From a virus: DNA of 44,356 bases. Positions 1 through 7,923 of the stretch are shown here, one piece after another. The stretch's first letter is position 1; each line of letters opens with the position of its first letter. The notes under the pieces were generated by a model that was given only the letters and a program-made list of their open reading frames with translations, was not told the DNA's origin and ran no database searches. The stretch is taken from IMG/VR virus record IMGVR_UViG_3300044466_000065, positions 1-44,356 of that record. One strand, given 5' to 3'. Position numbers and translations under genes: made by a program.

Positions 1-127
1 ACCGAAGAGCTGGTTCTGAGCTGGCAGTGGCGGTAAAAGCCCCGTGAGTTGACGGGCAGACTACCCCCATTCGAGGGTTTTTACCCCCACTTGGACGAAA
101 TCCCCGGCGAAACAGGGCGGAGGCGCA
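1..127. repeat. Terminal direct repeat, copy 1 (circular-assembly overlap)
   Basis: Bases 1-127 (accgaagagctgg...ggcggaggcgca) are identical to bases 44230-44356. Confidence 0.95.
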
Positions 128-156
128 GGGTGAAGGCAGTCAAAGTGTGCTACGAA

Positions 157-186
157 TTGAGACAATCGTAGCAACTTGTAGATAAT
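157..186 (+). promoter_or_regulatory. Candidate sigma70-like early promoter
   Basis: TTGAGA (157-162), 18-nt spacer, GATAAT (181-186); relatively AT-rich stretch upstream of the first rightward ORFs. Confidence 0.35.
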
Positions 187-246
187 CTCAAAAACAGTAC
201 CTAAAGTACTCTTGTTCTAGGTAGAGGTACAAGTTACTATCTGAAT

Positions 247-432
247 ATGAGCACAGACATGAAGTTTTTGTTGGGTACGGTGATGTTGGTGGTATTGGCG
301 ATTGTGTGCCTGGACGCGAAGGTGAAGGCGGATAGCGCGCGATGGATAGAAGAGAATCGGGTATCGATAGAAGCGAACCATGTGGAGAAGAGCTGTGCGT
401 TTCTTCGAGGATGCGTAGAAGTTGGGAAGTGA
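247..432 (+). CDS. Small hypothetical protein with N-terminal hydrophobic segment
   Basis: 61-aa ORF; FLLGTVMLVVLAIVCL looks like a signal or TM segment; no clear SD. Confidence 0.4.
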   Translation: MSTDMKFLLGTVMLVVLAIVCLDAKVKADSARWIEENRVSIEANHVEKSCAFLRGCVEVGK

Positions 433-498
433 AACGCCTTTGGGCGTCGCACGGAATAGCGGCCCGTGTTTTGAAGATCACGCTAAACACAACGAAGG

Positions 499-516
499 AA
501 AAGGGATCACACAAAA
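499..516 (+). promoter_or_regulatory. Conserved early leader motif, copy 1 (GGATCACACA core 504-513)
   Basis: aaaagggatcacacaaaa directly before the ATG at 517. Confidence 0.7.
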
Positions 517-675
517 ATGACGTATCGAATTAGACAACAAGAGATTTGGGACACGTACACGTTGATAGAAGCTGGGTCAGAAGCGGAAGCCATCGCTAAA
601 GTGCTAGATGGGCAAGGAGACCAAGTGTCTTCGGAGTTCAATCGAATGGGCGATTTTAAGGCGGAGGTTGAATAG
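517..675 (+). CDS. Hypothetical protein, 52 aa
   Basis: ATG 517 follows the leader motif; hand translation MTYRIRQQEIWDTYTLIEAG...KAEVE; stop TAG 673-675; below the ORF-track cutoff. Confidence 0.6.
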   Translation: MTYRIRQQEIWDTYTLIEAGSEAEAIAKVLDGQGDQVSSEFNRMGDFKAEVE

Positions 676-676
676 C

Positions 677-1390
677 ATGGCGCTGTTCAAATTCACGCGA
701 GCGGTGGAAGTGAGTGGGAATGAGAAGACGGGGGCGGTATCGACGACGATGGTGTCGCAGGCTTCCTGTCCTCCGGAATGCGCATGGTTCAACGAAGGTT
801 GCTACGCCAATTACGGGAATGCGGGTATTTGGACTTCGGAGTTGAATGCGTTGACTGGAGGAAAGACGGCTGCTATCGACGCGAGAAAGATAGCTCGCGA
901 CGAAGCACGGGCTATCGACAGCCTTACTGGCGAGAATGACATGCGCCTACATGTGGTGGGCGATTCACGGACGAATGGCAGCGCTTCGATCGTCTCGAAG
1001 GCAGCGGAGCGGTTCATGGGGAAATTTGGGCGCAAGGTATGGAGCTATACGCATGCGTGGCGGAGGGTGGCGCGTTCGTCTTGGGGGAAGGTATCGATAC
1101 TGGCATCGTGCGAGACGGTTTCACACGTAATCGATGCGATGGCGCAAGGGTATGCTGCTGCTTTGGTGGTGGACAGGCACCCGGAGGATGGGAAAGCGTA
1201 TCGGGTGGGCGATATCGTCATGATCCCGTGTCCGGCACAGACGAAGGAAGGGGTTCAGTGCGTGGATTGCAAGCTGTGCTGGAGAGATGAGTGGTTATTG
1301 GAAGCCAAACGGTGTATCACGTTCGAGGCGCATGGGAGTGGGGCAAAGAAAGTGCGGGCGGCGTTGATACAGATTGGTGCGGCCGCTTAG
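677..1390 (+). CDS. Cys-rich phage protein, Gp88-like family (by recall)
   Basis: Start MALFKFTRAV at 677, 1 nt after the upstream stop. Motifs KTGAVSTT...SCPPECAWFNEGCYANYGN, RLHVVGDS and a C-terminal CVDCKLCW resemble the GP88-type family. Confidence 0.65.
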   Translation: MALFKFTRAVEVSGNEKTGAVSTTMVSQASCPPECAWFNEGCYANYGNAGIWTSELNALTGGKTAAIDARKIARDEARAIDSLTGENDMRLHVVGDSRTNGSASIVSKAAERFMGKFGRKVWSYTHAWRRVARSSWGKVSILASCETVSHVIDAMAQGYAAALVVDRHPEDGKAYRVGDIVMIPCPAQTKEGVQCVDCKLCWRDEWLLEAKRCITFEAHGSGAKKVRAALIQIGAAA

Positions 1391-1407
1391 TTCGAAGTTT
1401 GGGAATA

Positions 1408-1423
1408 GAAGGGAACACACGAG
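1408..1423 (+). promoter_or_regulatory. Conserved early leader motif, degenerate copy 2
   Basis: gaagggaacacacgag directly before the ATG at 1424. Confidence 0.5.
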
Positions 1424-1633
1424 ATGACAAAAGTTTTGTTGAATGGACGCGAGCGTGACAGTGTCGAGCTCGCCGATTTGGGTAGTGCGATGTTGGGAGG
1501 AGCTCGGTTTCATCTGGAATGCGCGCGGTATCCGGAGAATAACGAGCCCGCAGTGGAGTTGCTGCGCACGCTCGAGACGCTGGTCGATGCTGAGAACGAG
1601 CTCGCGTGGCGTCTGGCGAGCCTGCGCGCGTAG
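1424..1633 (+). CDS. Hypothetical protein
   Basis: 69-aa ORF preceded by a leader-motif variant. Confidence 0.65.
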   Translation: MTKVLLNGRERDSVELADLGSAMLGGARFHLECARYPENNEPAVELLRTLETLVDAENELAWRLASLRA

Positions 1634-1693
1634 TGGTGGGCTCGCATTACGCTTATCCGCGGGGTGAGCGTAGGCGCGAATCTATCGCATTTT

Positions 1694-1712
1694 GAAAGGG
1701 ATCACACAGAAC
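1694..1712 (+). promoter_or_regulatory. Conserved early leader motif, copy 3 (core 1699-1708)
   Basis: gaaagggatcacacagaac before the ATG at 1713. Confidence 0.7.
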
Positions 1713-1868
1713 ATGGGACTCACACTGAAACAGGCGCAATACATTCTCTCGGATATCACGCGCGAAGGCGTGCTGCGCGAGACGATCGTCAAGGCAATAC
1801 TCCTTGGCTGGGGCAGTCATAGCGGGCAATACCGCAGATTCTGCGCGCTATCGTCGGGGCAATACTGA
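1713..1868 (+). CDS. Hypothetical protein, 51 aa
   Basis: Hand translation MGLTLKQAQYILSDITREGVLRETIVKAILLGWGSHSGQYRRFCALSSGQY; stop TGA 1866-1868; leader motif upstream. Confidence 0.55.
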   Translation: MGLTLKQAQYILSDITREGVLRETIVKAILLGWGSHSGQYRRFCALSSGQY

Positions 1869-2038
1869 CGCGATTCTTGCCCCTTGGCTTAGCGCGTGGG
1901 GCGTTGCCGCGGTCTCTCCGGTATCTTGGAGCCTCCCCGAAGGCGCGCGCGTTTGTGGGGCAAATTCAGGGCTTGTAATCGGCAAGCCCAGCTCAAATAA
2001 AACTGTACAAAGACAGACAAAATCGTATAAAGTAGAAC

Positions 2039-2053
2039 AAAGGATCACACACA
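2039..2053 (+). promoter_or_regulatory. Conserved early leader motif, copy 4 (core 2042-2051)
   Basis: aaaggatcacacaca before the ATG at 2054. Confidence 0.7.
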
Positions 2054-2266
2054 ATGAACAGACTAAAGGCAATTGCTTCCATCTTGGCCAACGACGAAGC
2101 ATCCACGGACGAAGAATTGATGGCGCATTTCATGGCGGAATTCGGGTTCAGCCATGGCGAGGCGGAGTGGTATGTGGCAGAGCGTGGGGCCGCGCTCGCC
2201 AATCCCGCCTTTTCAGAAGCCCATCTGCGCGCGGCGGGGCGGGAGGAGGAAACCTGGCGCAGATAG
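2054..2266 (+). CDS. Hypothetical protein
   Basis: 70-aa ORF with leader motif. Confidence 0.7.
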   Translation: MNRLKAIASILANDEASTDEELMAHFMAEFGFSHGEAEWYVAERGAALANPAFSEAHLRAAGREEETWRR

Positions 2267-2333
2267 TCGAAACCCGGTTGCTCCGGGTCGTGCAGCATAG
2301 CCTACTGCGCTTTGAAGAGACAGGCTTTAACTT

Positions 2334-2350
2334 GAAAGGATCACACACAA
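2334..2350 (+). promoter_or_regulatory. Conserved early leader motif, copy 5 (core 2338-2347)
   Basis: gaaaggatcacacacaa before the ATG at 2351. Confidence 0.7.
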
Positions 2351-2740
2351 ATGAAACTCATCACACTGGCATTAGCCGCAGGCATCACGCTGTCGGCGCA
2401 ATCGCCCATCGTCGTGTCGCGGAGCGGGCAATACTTGGGAACGCTCAGCTCGAACCCGTATGACCCCAACTCCATCGCGAACCCTTACGGGCGGTATGGC
2501 TCTCCGTACCAGTCCGACAGCGTGAATAACCCGTACGGTCGCTACGGTTCGCCGTATAGCAATCAGAGCGCGAACAATCCGTATGCGACGCAGGCGCCGA
2601 TCGTGATTGCTCCGCGGCCGTCCTACACCGGCGGGTATCCGGTGTACCATGCTCCGGCGGTGCGGCCGGCCATGTCCTACTACACCCCGGTGCTGCCGGC
2701 CTATCCGATGGCTCCGGTGATGGGAGTGCTGCCCTACTAG
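2351..2740 (+). CDS. Secreted repeat protein (NPYGRYGSPY repeats)
   Basis: Signal-peptide-like MKLITLALAAGITLSAQS, then repeated NPY..YGSPY units and a Pro/Tyr-rich tail. Confidence 0.8.
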   Translation: MKLITLALAAGITLSAQSPIVVSRSGQYLGTLSSNPYDPNSIANPYGRYGSPYQSDSVNNPYGRYGSPYSNQSANNPYATQAPIVIAPRPSYTGGYPVYHAPAVRPAMSYYTPVLPAYPMAPVMGVLPY

Positions 2741-2744
2741 CCAC

Positions 2745-3065
2745 ATGGAGACAGAGAACCGGGTAAAACCGATTCCGCGGAAGCCGTTCTCGGGTCTGTC
2801 CCGGGAGCGGCTTTCGTCGTCGCATCCGGACTTGCTGCGGTCGGCGGCGTATGCCGAGGCGTCGTATCTGCTCGCCTATTTCGGGGATGATGCGCTCAGT
2901 GGGTTAGCCGTGTACTTCGAGGCCATCGCCGAGGATTTCAGAGCGCGCGTGCGCCGGCGGGACCAGGCGTCGAAGCTCGCCGCCGCGGAGGTGCTCGAGG
3001 ATTTGCGTGTCCGTTATCCCCATCTGCATGTGCAGCCTAATCAGCAAGCCAAGCTCAAAAGTTAA
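2745..3065 (+). CDS. Hypothetical protein
   Basis: 106-aa ORF, 4 nt after the upstream stop. Confidence 0.65.
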   Translation: METENRVKPIPRKPFSGLSRERLSSSHPDLLRSAAYAEASYLLAYFGDDALSGLAVYFEAIAEDFRARVRRRDQASKLAAAEVLEDLRVRYPHLHVQPNQQAKLKS

Positions 3066-3071
3066 TCATTC

Positions 3072-3086
3072 GAAAGGATCACACAC
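3072..3086 (+). promoter_or_regulatory. Conserved early leader motif, copy 6 (core 3076-3085)
   Basis: gaaaggatcacacac before the ATG at 3087. Confidence 0.7.
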
Positions 3087-3242
3087 ATGAACACACAACA
3101 GGCATTAGAGGACGCATTGACGTTCCTCGAATCACTCGGCGTCAAAGGCGGCGACGTGCACGATTACTTCGCGCAGGCTATCGAACGGCTGAAAGCCGCC
3201 GCTCCGGCGGCGATGGCAAGCGAACTCGAGGTCATCCTGTGA
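3087..3242 (+). CDS. Hypothetical protein, 51 aa
   Basis: Hand translation MNTQQALEDALTFLESLGVKGGDVHDYFAQAIERLKAAAPAAMASELEVIL; its stop TGA overlaps the GTG start of the methylase gene (GTGA). Confidence 0.6.
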   Translation: MNTQQALEDALTFLESLGVKGGDVHDYFAQAIERLKAAAPAAMASELEVIL

Positions 3243-4120
3243 TCTATCAGGGCGATGCTCTCGAAACCCTCCAGACCCTGCCGAGTGAATCGGTCCATTG
3301 CGCGGTCACTTCGCCGCCCTACTACGGGCTGCGAGACTACGGCATTGCCGGCCAAATCGGGCGCGAGATATCGCCCGATGAATACGTGGCTCGCCTCGTC
3401 GAGGTGTTCGCCGAGGTGCGGCGCGTATTGCGTCCCGATGGCACGCTCTGGGTCAATATCGGCGATTCCTATGCCTCGCGCAAGTCCTCGGATGGGTTGA
3501 AGCCCAAGGACATGGTCGGCATCCCCTGGCTGCTCGCGTTCGCGTTGCGCCGGGATGGCTGGTACCTCAGGCAGGACATCGTGTGGGACAAGCCCAACGG
3601 CATGCCAGAGAACGTGGCCGATCGCTGCACCAAGACCCATGAGTACGTATTCCTGCTCTCGAAAAGCGCCACGTACTATTTCAATGCCAAGGCCATCGAG
3701 GAACGAGCCATTCAGGCGGGGCGCGTGCGGGCCGATAAGATGGGCGGCAACAAGGGGGACAAGGTCCATCATTCCCCCGGCAAGGTCTTCACCGGGAGCG
3801 ACACGCGCCGGTGCCGCGCCGTCTGGAACCTGAATACCCGTCCGTTGAAGGACGCCCATTTCGCGCCGTTCCCCATCGAGTTGCCGGAGCGCTGCCTGTT
3901 GGCGGGCTGCCCGGAAGGTGGCACGGTTCTTGATCCGTTCTTCGGGGCGGGCACGACTGGACTCGCCGCCCTCAAGAATGGCCGGGAATTCATCGGCATC
4001 GAACTGAACCCGGAGTACGTGGCGCTCGCCGAGGCGCGCATCGATGGCGAGTATCCGCTCTTTGCCCCGCTCGCGCCGCCCTGCTCGGTGAGCGCCGAGG
4101 GCAGTCTGGTGTACGCATGA
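3239..4120 (+). CDS. DNA methyltransferase, N6_N4_Mtase family (beta class; SPPY motif, m4C-like)
   Basis: Catalytic motif VTSPPYYGLRDY near the N-terminus and AdoMet motif VLDPFFGAGTTG near the C-terminus; no partner restriction enzyme. Confidence 0.92.
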   Translation: MIYQGDALETLQTLPSESVHCAVTSPPYYGLRDYGIAGQIGREISPDEYVARLVEVFAEVRRVLRPDGTLWVNIGDSYASRKSSDGLKPKDMVGIPWLLAFALRRDGWYLRQDIVWDKPNGMPENVADRCTKTHEYVFLLSKSATYYFNAKAIEERAIQAGRVRADKMGGNKGDKVHHSPGKVFTGSDTRRCRAVWNLNTRPLKDAHFAPFPIELPERCLLAGCPEGGTVLDPFFGAGTTGLAALKNGREFIGIELNPEYVALAEARIDGEYPLFAPLAPPCSVSAEGSLVYA

Positions 4121-4296
4121 AAGTCGGAGACCGTGTTCTGCACAAGGCCACCGGGCGGGTGGCTTACGTCGAGCGCCACGCCTCCGATATACCAGGAGGA
4201 CTCCGGCTTGACCGTTCCATCGAAGGATTCTCCTGGTGGAACGCTCAGGATCTGAAAAAGCTGCCGGCGCTCAAAAAGAAGAGGCCAAAGCCATGA
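4117..4296 (+). CDS. Hypothetical protein, 59 aa
   Basis: ATGA overlap with the methylase stop; MKVGDRVLHKATGRVAYVER... with basic tail KKKRPKP. Confidence 0.55.
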   Translation: MKVGDRVLHKATGRVAYVERHASDIPGGLRLDRSIEGFSWWNAQDLKKLPALKKKRPKP

Positions 4297-4517
4297 TCCG
4301 GAGGCAATCATTCGCCCATAAAGGCATTCGTATGACCGGCGAGGCGGTGCCCACCGAGTACAACGAGATCTCGATCACGCGCGCGAGCCGCTCGACGCTG
4401 CGCTGCCATTTCTGCCTGGAGCCGGCCGCCGGGGAGCGGTTGCGGCTGGGGTTGGTGCGGGCGCGGGTGTGCCCGCCTTGCCGCGTTGCCCGCAATATTC
4501 CGTTGGAGGTTGTATGA
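4293..4517 (+). CDS. Small zinc-ribbon-like protein
   Basis: ATGA-coupled start; CHFC...CPPC cysteine pairs. Confidence 0.55.
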   Translation: MIRRQSFAHKGIRMTGEAVPTEYNEISITRASRSTLRCHFCLEPAAGERLRLGLVRARVCPPCRVARNIPLEVV

Positions 4518-5125
4518 GTCTGCCCCGTCCGATCATCCCCTCGCCCGCGCCGCCGCTCGAGAGGGAGATCCACCCGTATACCGATCCCAGGCCCAAGGTG
4601 TTCGAGGGCGCCACCACTCCGCTGGCCGTCGACGTGGCCAATATGGGCAACGCGCCGCGGCTGCCGGCGGCCGAAGGCGATTATCGTAAGCGCATCCGCG
4701 AGCGCACCAAGGCCAAAGAGAAGGCCGGCCTGAAGTCCAATCCCTCCGTCAAACGCAGGGATCTGATCCCGGGCCACGAGATTTACCTGATGATCTGTCA
4801 GCAAATCGGGGGTGATCCGGAGGCGAAGAAGACCATCACCATCGATGCCGGCGAGGAGCGTACCGCCATGAAAGTGCGGGTCAACTTCTACAGTTGGCGC
4901 CAGGCCACCATCCGCGAACTCGGCCCCGACTTCGCCAAGGACAACCACCTCCAGGACATCAAGGTGTATCTCGATCCGGTGCTCGATGAGAATGGGGTGA
5001 TCGTGCGCCACCCGCGCCGGCATATCCCCAAGTCCAACGGCAAGGTGATTTTCTATAGCATCCGCTCGATGAGGGAGATGCAGGCGCTGTCGCAGGCCCT
5101 GCCGCAATTGGGGGTAGCACCATGA
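4514..5125 (+). CDS. Hypothetical protein
   Basis: ATGA-coupled start (MSLPRPII...); 203 aa with protein-like composition. Confidence 0.7.
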   Translation: MSLPRPIIPSPAPPLEREIHPYTDPRPKVFEGATTPLAVDVANMGNAPRLPAAEGDYRKRIRERTKAKEKAGLKSNPSVKRRDLIPGHEIYLMICQQIGGDPEAKKTITIDAGEERTAMKVRVNFYSWRQATIRELGPDFAKDNHLQDIKVYLDPVLDENGVIVRHPRRHIPKSNGKVIFYSIRSMREMQALSQALPQLGVAP

Positions 5126-5475
5126 AAACCTGGCTGCATGACGGCATGGACACCAACGACGACCACTATCCCACTCCGAAGCCCGAGCATACCTTCGCTA
5201 CGATCTGGCCGGACGCGGCGCCGCGCGATGAACGCGATTCAACCTGCCCGTGGTGCAAGCTCCCCTTGATCGAGTGCGCCTGTGAAGAGCCGGAGCCTGA
5301 GCCGGTGCGCTGTGTCGAATGCGGCATGCCCCTGCTCTACTGCGAGTGCGACAAAAGAATTCTCGAGGAGGAGATCCTCGCTGATCAGGATGCCGCGGCC
5401 CAAGCCGCCGAGGAGGAAGGCGCGTTCGACCCGGAAAAGGACGAGCCGTTCGACCCCAGATTGGGGGAACGATAA
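5122..5475 (+). CDS. Cys-rich acidic hypothetical protein
   Basis: ATGA-coupled; CPWC, CAC, CVEC and CEC motifs; acidic C-terminus. Confidence 0.7.
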   Translation: MKTWLHDGMDTNDDHYPTPKPEHTFATIWPDAAPRDERDSTCPWCKLPLIECACEEPEPEPVRCVECGMPLLYCECDKRILEEEILADQDAAAQAAEEEGAFDPEKDEPFDPRLGER

Positions 5476-5660
5476 TGGACTGGCTCTGCTATACCGCCGC
5501 CCTGCTCGCCTGCGGCCTCACCCTCGGCAACGTGCTGGTGGCTTCGTGGTCATACGGCAAGACGGACAAGCGCATCATGGACCTGGAGGCTCGGCTGGCC
5601 GGCCTCGAGCGGGTGCGCTCCGCCGATCCCTACGTTTATACGCAAGCCGATCTGGAATAA
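5475..5660 (+). CDS. Small membrane protein
   Basis: TAATG coupling; N-terminal TM segment LCYTAALLACGLTLGNVLVASW. Confidence 0.6.
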   Translation: MDWLCYTAALLACGLTLGNVLVASWSYGKTDKRIMDLEARLAGLERVRSADPYVYTQADLE

Positions 5661-5661
5661 T

Positions 5662-5714
5662 TATCTAGATTTGTGTAAAGGGGTATTGACATCTATCTAG
5701 ATGAATGAGATTAT
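5662..5714 (+). promoter_or_regulatory. Sigma70-like promoter flanked by two TATCTAGAT palindromic boxes
   Basis: TTGACA 5686-5691, 17-nt spacer, GATTAT 5709-5714; TATCTAGAT at 5662-5670 and 5694-5702. Confidence 0.5.
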
Positions 5715-5721
5715 AGGTACA

Positions 5722-5739
5722 GAAAGGATCACACACACA
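5722..5739 (+). promoter_or_regulatory. Conserved early leader motif, copy 7 (core 5726-5735)
   Basis: gaaaggatcacacacaca before the ATG at 5740. Confidence 0.7.
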
Positions 5740-6006
5740 ATGACTGTTAACTTCCACCCGCACGAGGCCGATCAGGCCCGCTTCGAAGCCAAGATCGTCC
5801 AAGGCACCGCCTGGTTCTCCATCGTTGCCAACGACGGCGTCTCCAACTTCACGCTGTTCATCGATCCCCGCAAGATCGGCCACGTCATGGGCCAGATGGA
5901 GAAGGCGCTCGGCGAGATGGAAACCATCGCCGCCCACCTCGACCGCGACTCCGATGCCGAACTCGCCCCCGCGGGCGTCTCCGAACAAGACGGGGTGGCT
6001 GTCTAA
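5740..6006 (+). CDS. Hypothetical protein
   Basis: Start MTVNFHPHE follows the leader motif; the track ORF start at 5701 lies inside the promoter. Confidence 0.7.
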   Translation: MTVNFHPHEADQARFEAKIVQGTAWFSIVANDGVSNFTLFIDPRKIGHVMGQMEKALGEMETIAAHLDRDSDAELAPAGVSEQDGVAV

Positions 6007-6929
6007 TGAGCGACAATCTCCCGATGAAGATGGGTCTGGCCGAGGTCCAGACCCTCGGCGCTTTGCTCGCCAAGTCCGGCTATTTCCAGGATGCCAAGGA
6101 CGCGGCGCAGGCGTGTGTCAAGGTGTTGGCAGGGCAGGAGTTGGGTCTGCCCCCGATCGCCTCGATGATGGGCATCTCCTTGATAAAAGGGAAGGTTACC
6201 CTCTCCGCCAACCTCATGGCCGCCTTGATCCGCCAGCATGGCTACGACTTCCGCGTTGAGCGGCTCGAACAGGATGGCTGCACCCTCTCCTTCCTCGCCA
6301 AGGATGGCAAGGAACTCGGCAAGTCCACCTTCACCGCCAAGGATGCTCAGGCCGCCGGCATCCGCGGCGACATGTATAACAAATACCCCCGCAACATGTA
6401 CTTTGCCCGGGCGATCAGCAACGGGGCCAAGTGGTTCACGCCGGAGATCTTCGGCGGCGTGCCCGTCTACTCGGATGGCGAACTCGGTGGCGACGAGGGA
6501 GAGGTGGTTCAGCCGGAGCCTGCTCCTGCCCCCGTGCCTGCGCGCCAAACGGCTACGTCTGTACGCATCGAGGGTGCCCGCCAGCCCGTCGAGGAGGCCA
6601 AGCCTGCCCCGGTGCCTCTCCCCGACATAGAGCCGCGCCTCGCCGAACTGTACGCGCAGGCGACCGGGTTTGCCGAGACGGTGCAAATCGTGACCGGGTT
6701 CAAGCCGATCATCAACGAACTCACCGGCTCCGAGCACGAGTACTATCGCATCATCAATTCGCATGGCATGCAGCACGGGAATGAGTTGCAGGGAAAAACC
6801 CGCGGGCAGATCCGCAAAGTGATTAAAGACTTGTATGAGTACTGTGCGACGATCGCTAGCCCGCCTCCCCCCGATCCGGCTGAAGCGGCTGAAGCCTGGG
6901 ATGCTCTCGCGGAGGGCACCGATGTATAG
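6006..6929 (+). CDS. RecT/Redbeta-like single-strand annealing protein (tentative)
   Basis: GQELGLPPIASMMGISLIKGKVTLSANLMAALI and YPRNMYFARAISNGAKWF resemble phage SSAP families; a Gp157-like gene follows two genes downstream. Confidence 0.55.
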   Translation: MSDNLPMKMGLAEVQTLGALLAKSGYFQDAKDAAQACVKVLAGQELGLPPIASMMGISLIKGKVTLSANLMAALIRQHGYDFRVERLEQDGCTLSFLAKDGKELGKSTFTAKDAQAAGIRGDMYNKYPRNMYFARAISNGAKWFTPEIFGGVPVYSDGELGGDEGEVVQPEPAPAPVPARQTATSVRIEGARQPVEEAKPAPVPLPDIEPRLAELYAQATGFAETVQIVTGFKPIINELTGSEHEYYRIINSHGMQHGNELQGKTRGQIRKVIKDLYEYCATIASPPPPDPAEAAEAWDALAEGTDV

Positions 6930-7335
6930 AACCCACGGCATGAGGAACAGCCCCGAGAACGAGGCTTGGCACGCCATGAAACAGCGGTGCAACAACCCGA
7001 AGAGTCAGGCTTACAAGAACTACGGTGGCAGGGGCATCCAGGTCTGTCCCGAATGGGCTTCCTTCGAAGCCTTCTACCGGGACATGGGACCGCGCCCGAG
7101 TCCCAAGCATAGTCTCGAACGGATCGACAACGAGCGAGGCTACGAGGCAGGGAACTGCCGCTGGGCCACTCTGATCGAGCAGCACCAGAACACACGCTAC
7201 TCCCGGTTCCTGGAGTTTGGCGGAGAAACCAAAGCCTGCGCCGAATGGTGCAGGGAACTCGGCATCAAACCATCGACGCTGTGTGACCGGCTGAAACGGG
7301 GATGGTCCGACGAGATGGCTTTAGGATACCGATGA
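6922..7335 (+). CDS. Homing-endonuclease-associated AP2-like DNA-binding protein (paralog of 41947..42360)
   Basis: EAWHAMKQRCNNPKSQAYKNYGGRGIQVCPEW...SLERIDNERGYEAGNCRWAT, a recurrent phage motif; start overlaps the upstream stop. Confidence 0.7.
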   Translation: MYRTHGMRNSPENEAWHAMKQRCNNPKSQAYKNYGGRGIQVCPEWASFEAFYRDMGPRPSPKHSLERIDNERGYEAGNCRWATLIEQHQNTRYSRFLEFGGETKACAEWCRELGIKPSTLCDRLKRGWSDEMALGYR

Positions 7336-7919
7336 AGAACAACACCAAGTCAATGACCCTCTACCACATAGAGGAAGACCTCCTGATGATGGCGGATTCA
7401 GAGGCGCTGGTGCCTCAGGACCAGCTTCAAGAGTTCCAGGAGTTGTTCGCCGCTAAAACCGAGCAAGCCCTCATGAAAAGGGGTTCGTGCATCCGCGCCA
7501 TCTCCCACCTTGAGGCGCAGATTGCCGGCGCCCGTGCCGAGGAGAACCGCATTGCCGCCTGGCGCGGCAGCCTTGAGTCTGGCCTCGCCCGCTTCAAGGA
7601 TTACCTCGTCAGGTGCATCGAACTGTCGGGCCAGAAGAAAGTCGAGGCCGACAACGGCTCGCTTGCCATCCAGGCGAATCCGGAGAGCGTCGAGATCACC
7701 GATTTGGATCAGGTGCCCGACGAGTTCAAAACCGTCACCGTCAAGATGCCGGCCATGCTCTGGCGGGAAATATGCACCGAGTACCGGCCCGCCGATCTCA
7801 CCGGCTGCGATGCCACCTTCACCGCCTCCAAGACGCAGATCAAGGCAGCCTTGAAGGAAGGGCGCGACGTGCCCGGGGCCGATACCCGTTTCGGGAAATG
7901 GTCTCTTCGGGTACGCTGA
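7332..7919 (+). CDS. Siphovirus Gp157-like protein
   Basis: ATGA-coupled; N-terminal coiled coil, then SLAIQANPESVEITDLDQVPDEFK...IKAALKEGRDVPGA, as I recall for the Gp157 family. Confidence 0.6.
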   Translation: MKNNTKSMTLYHIEEDLLMMADSEALVPQDQLQEFQELFAAKTEQALMKRGSCIRAISHLEAQIAGARAEENRIAAWRGSLESGLARFKDYLVRCIELSGQKKVEADNGSLAIQANPESVEITDLDQVPDEFKTVTVKMPAMLWREICTEYRPADLTGCDATFTASKTQIKAALKEGRDVPGADTRFGKWSLRVR

Positions 7920-7923
7920 CCTC

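Noticed and set aside
1-127. Terminal repeats as prophage att sites or LTR-like element ends
   Set aside because: No integrase and no host genes flank the repeats. The length equals a common maximum assembler k-mer, and the repeats fall inside one continuous non-coding region, so a circular-assembly overlap is the simpler explanation.
1804-2463. 219-aa + strand ORF spanning several small genes
   Set aside because: It runs across two leader-motif/ATG units and an intergenic hairpin in a different frame and has junk-like Arg/Gly-rich composition. The motif-preceded small ORFs are preferred.
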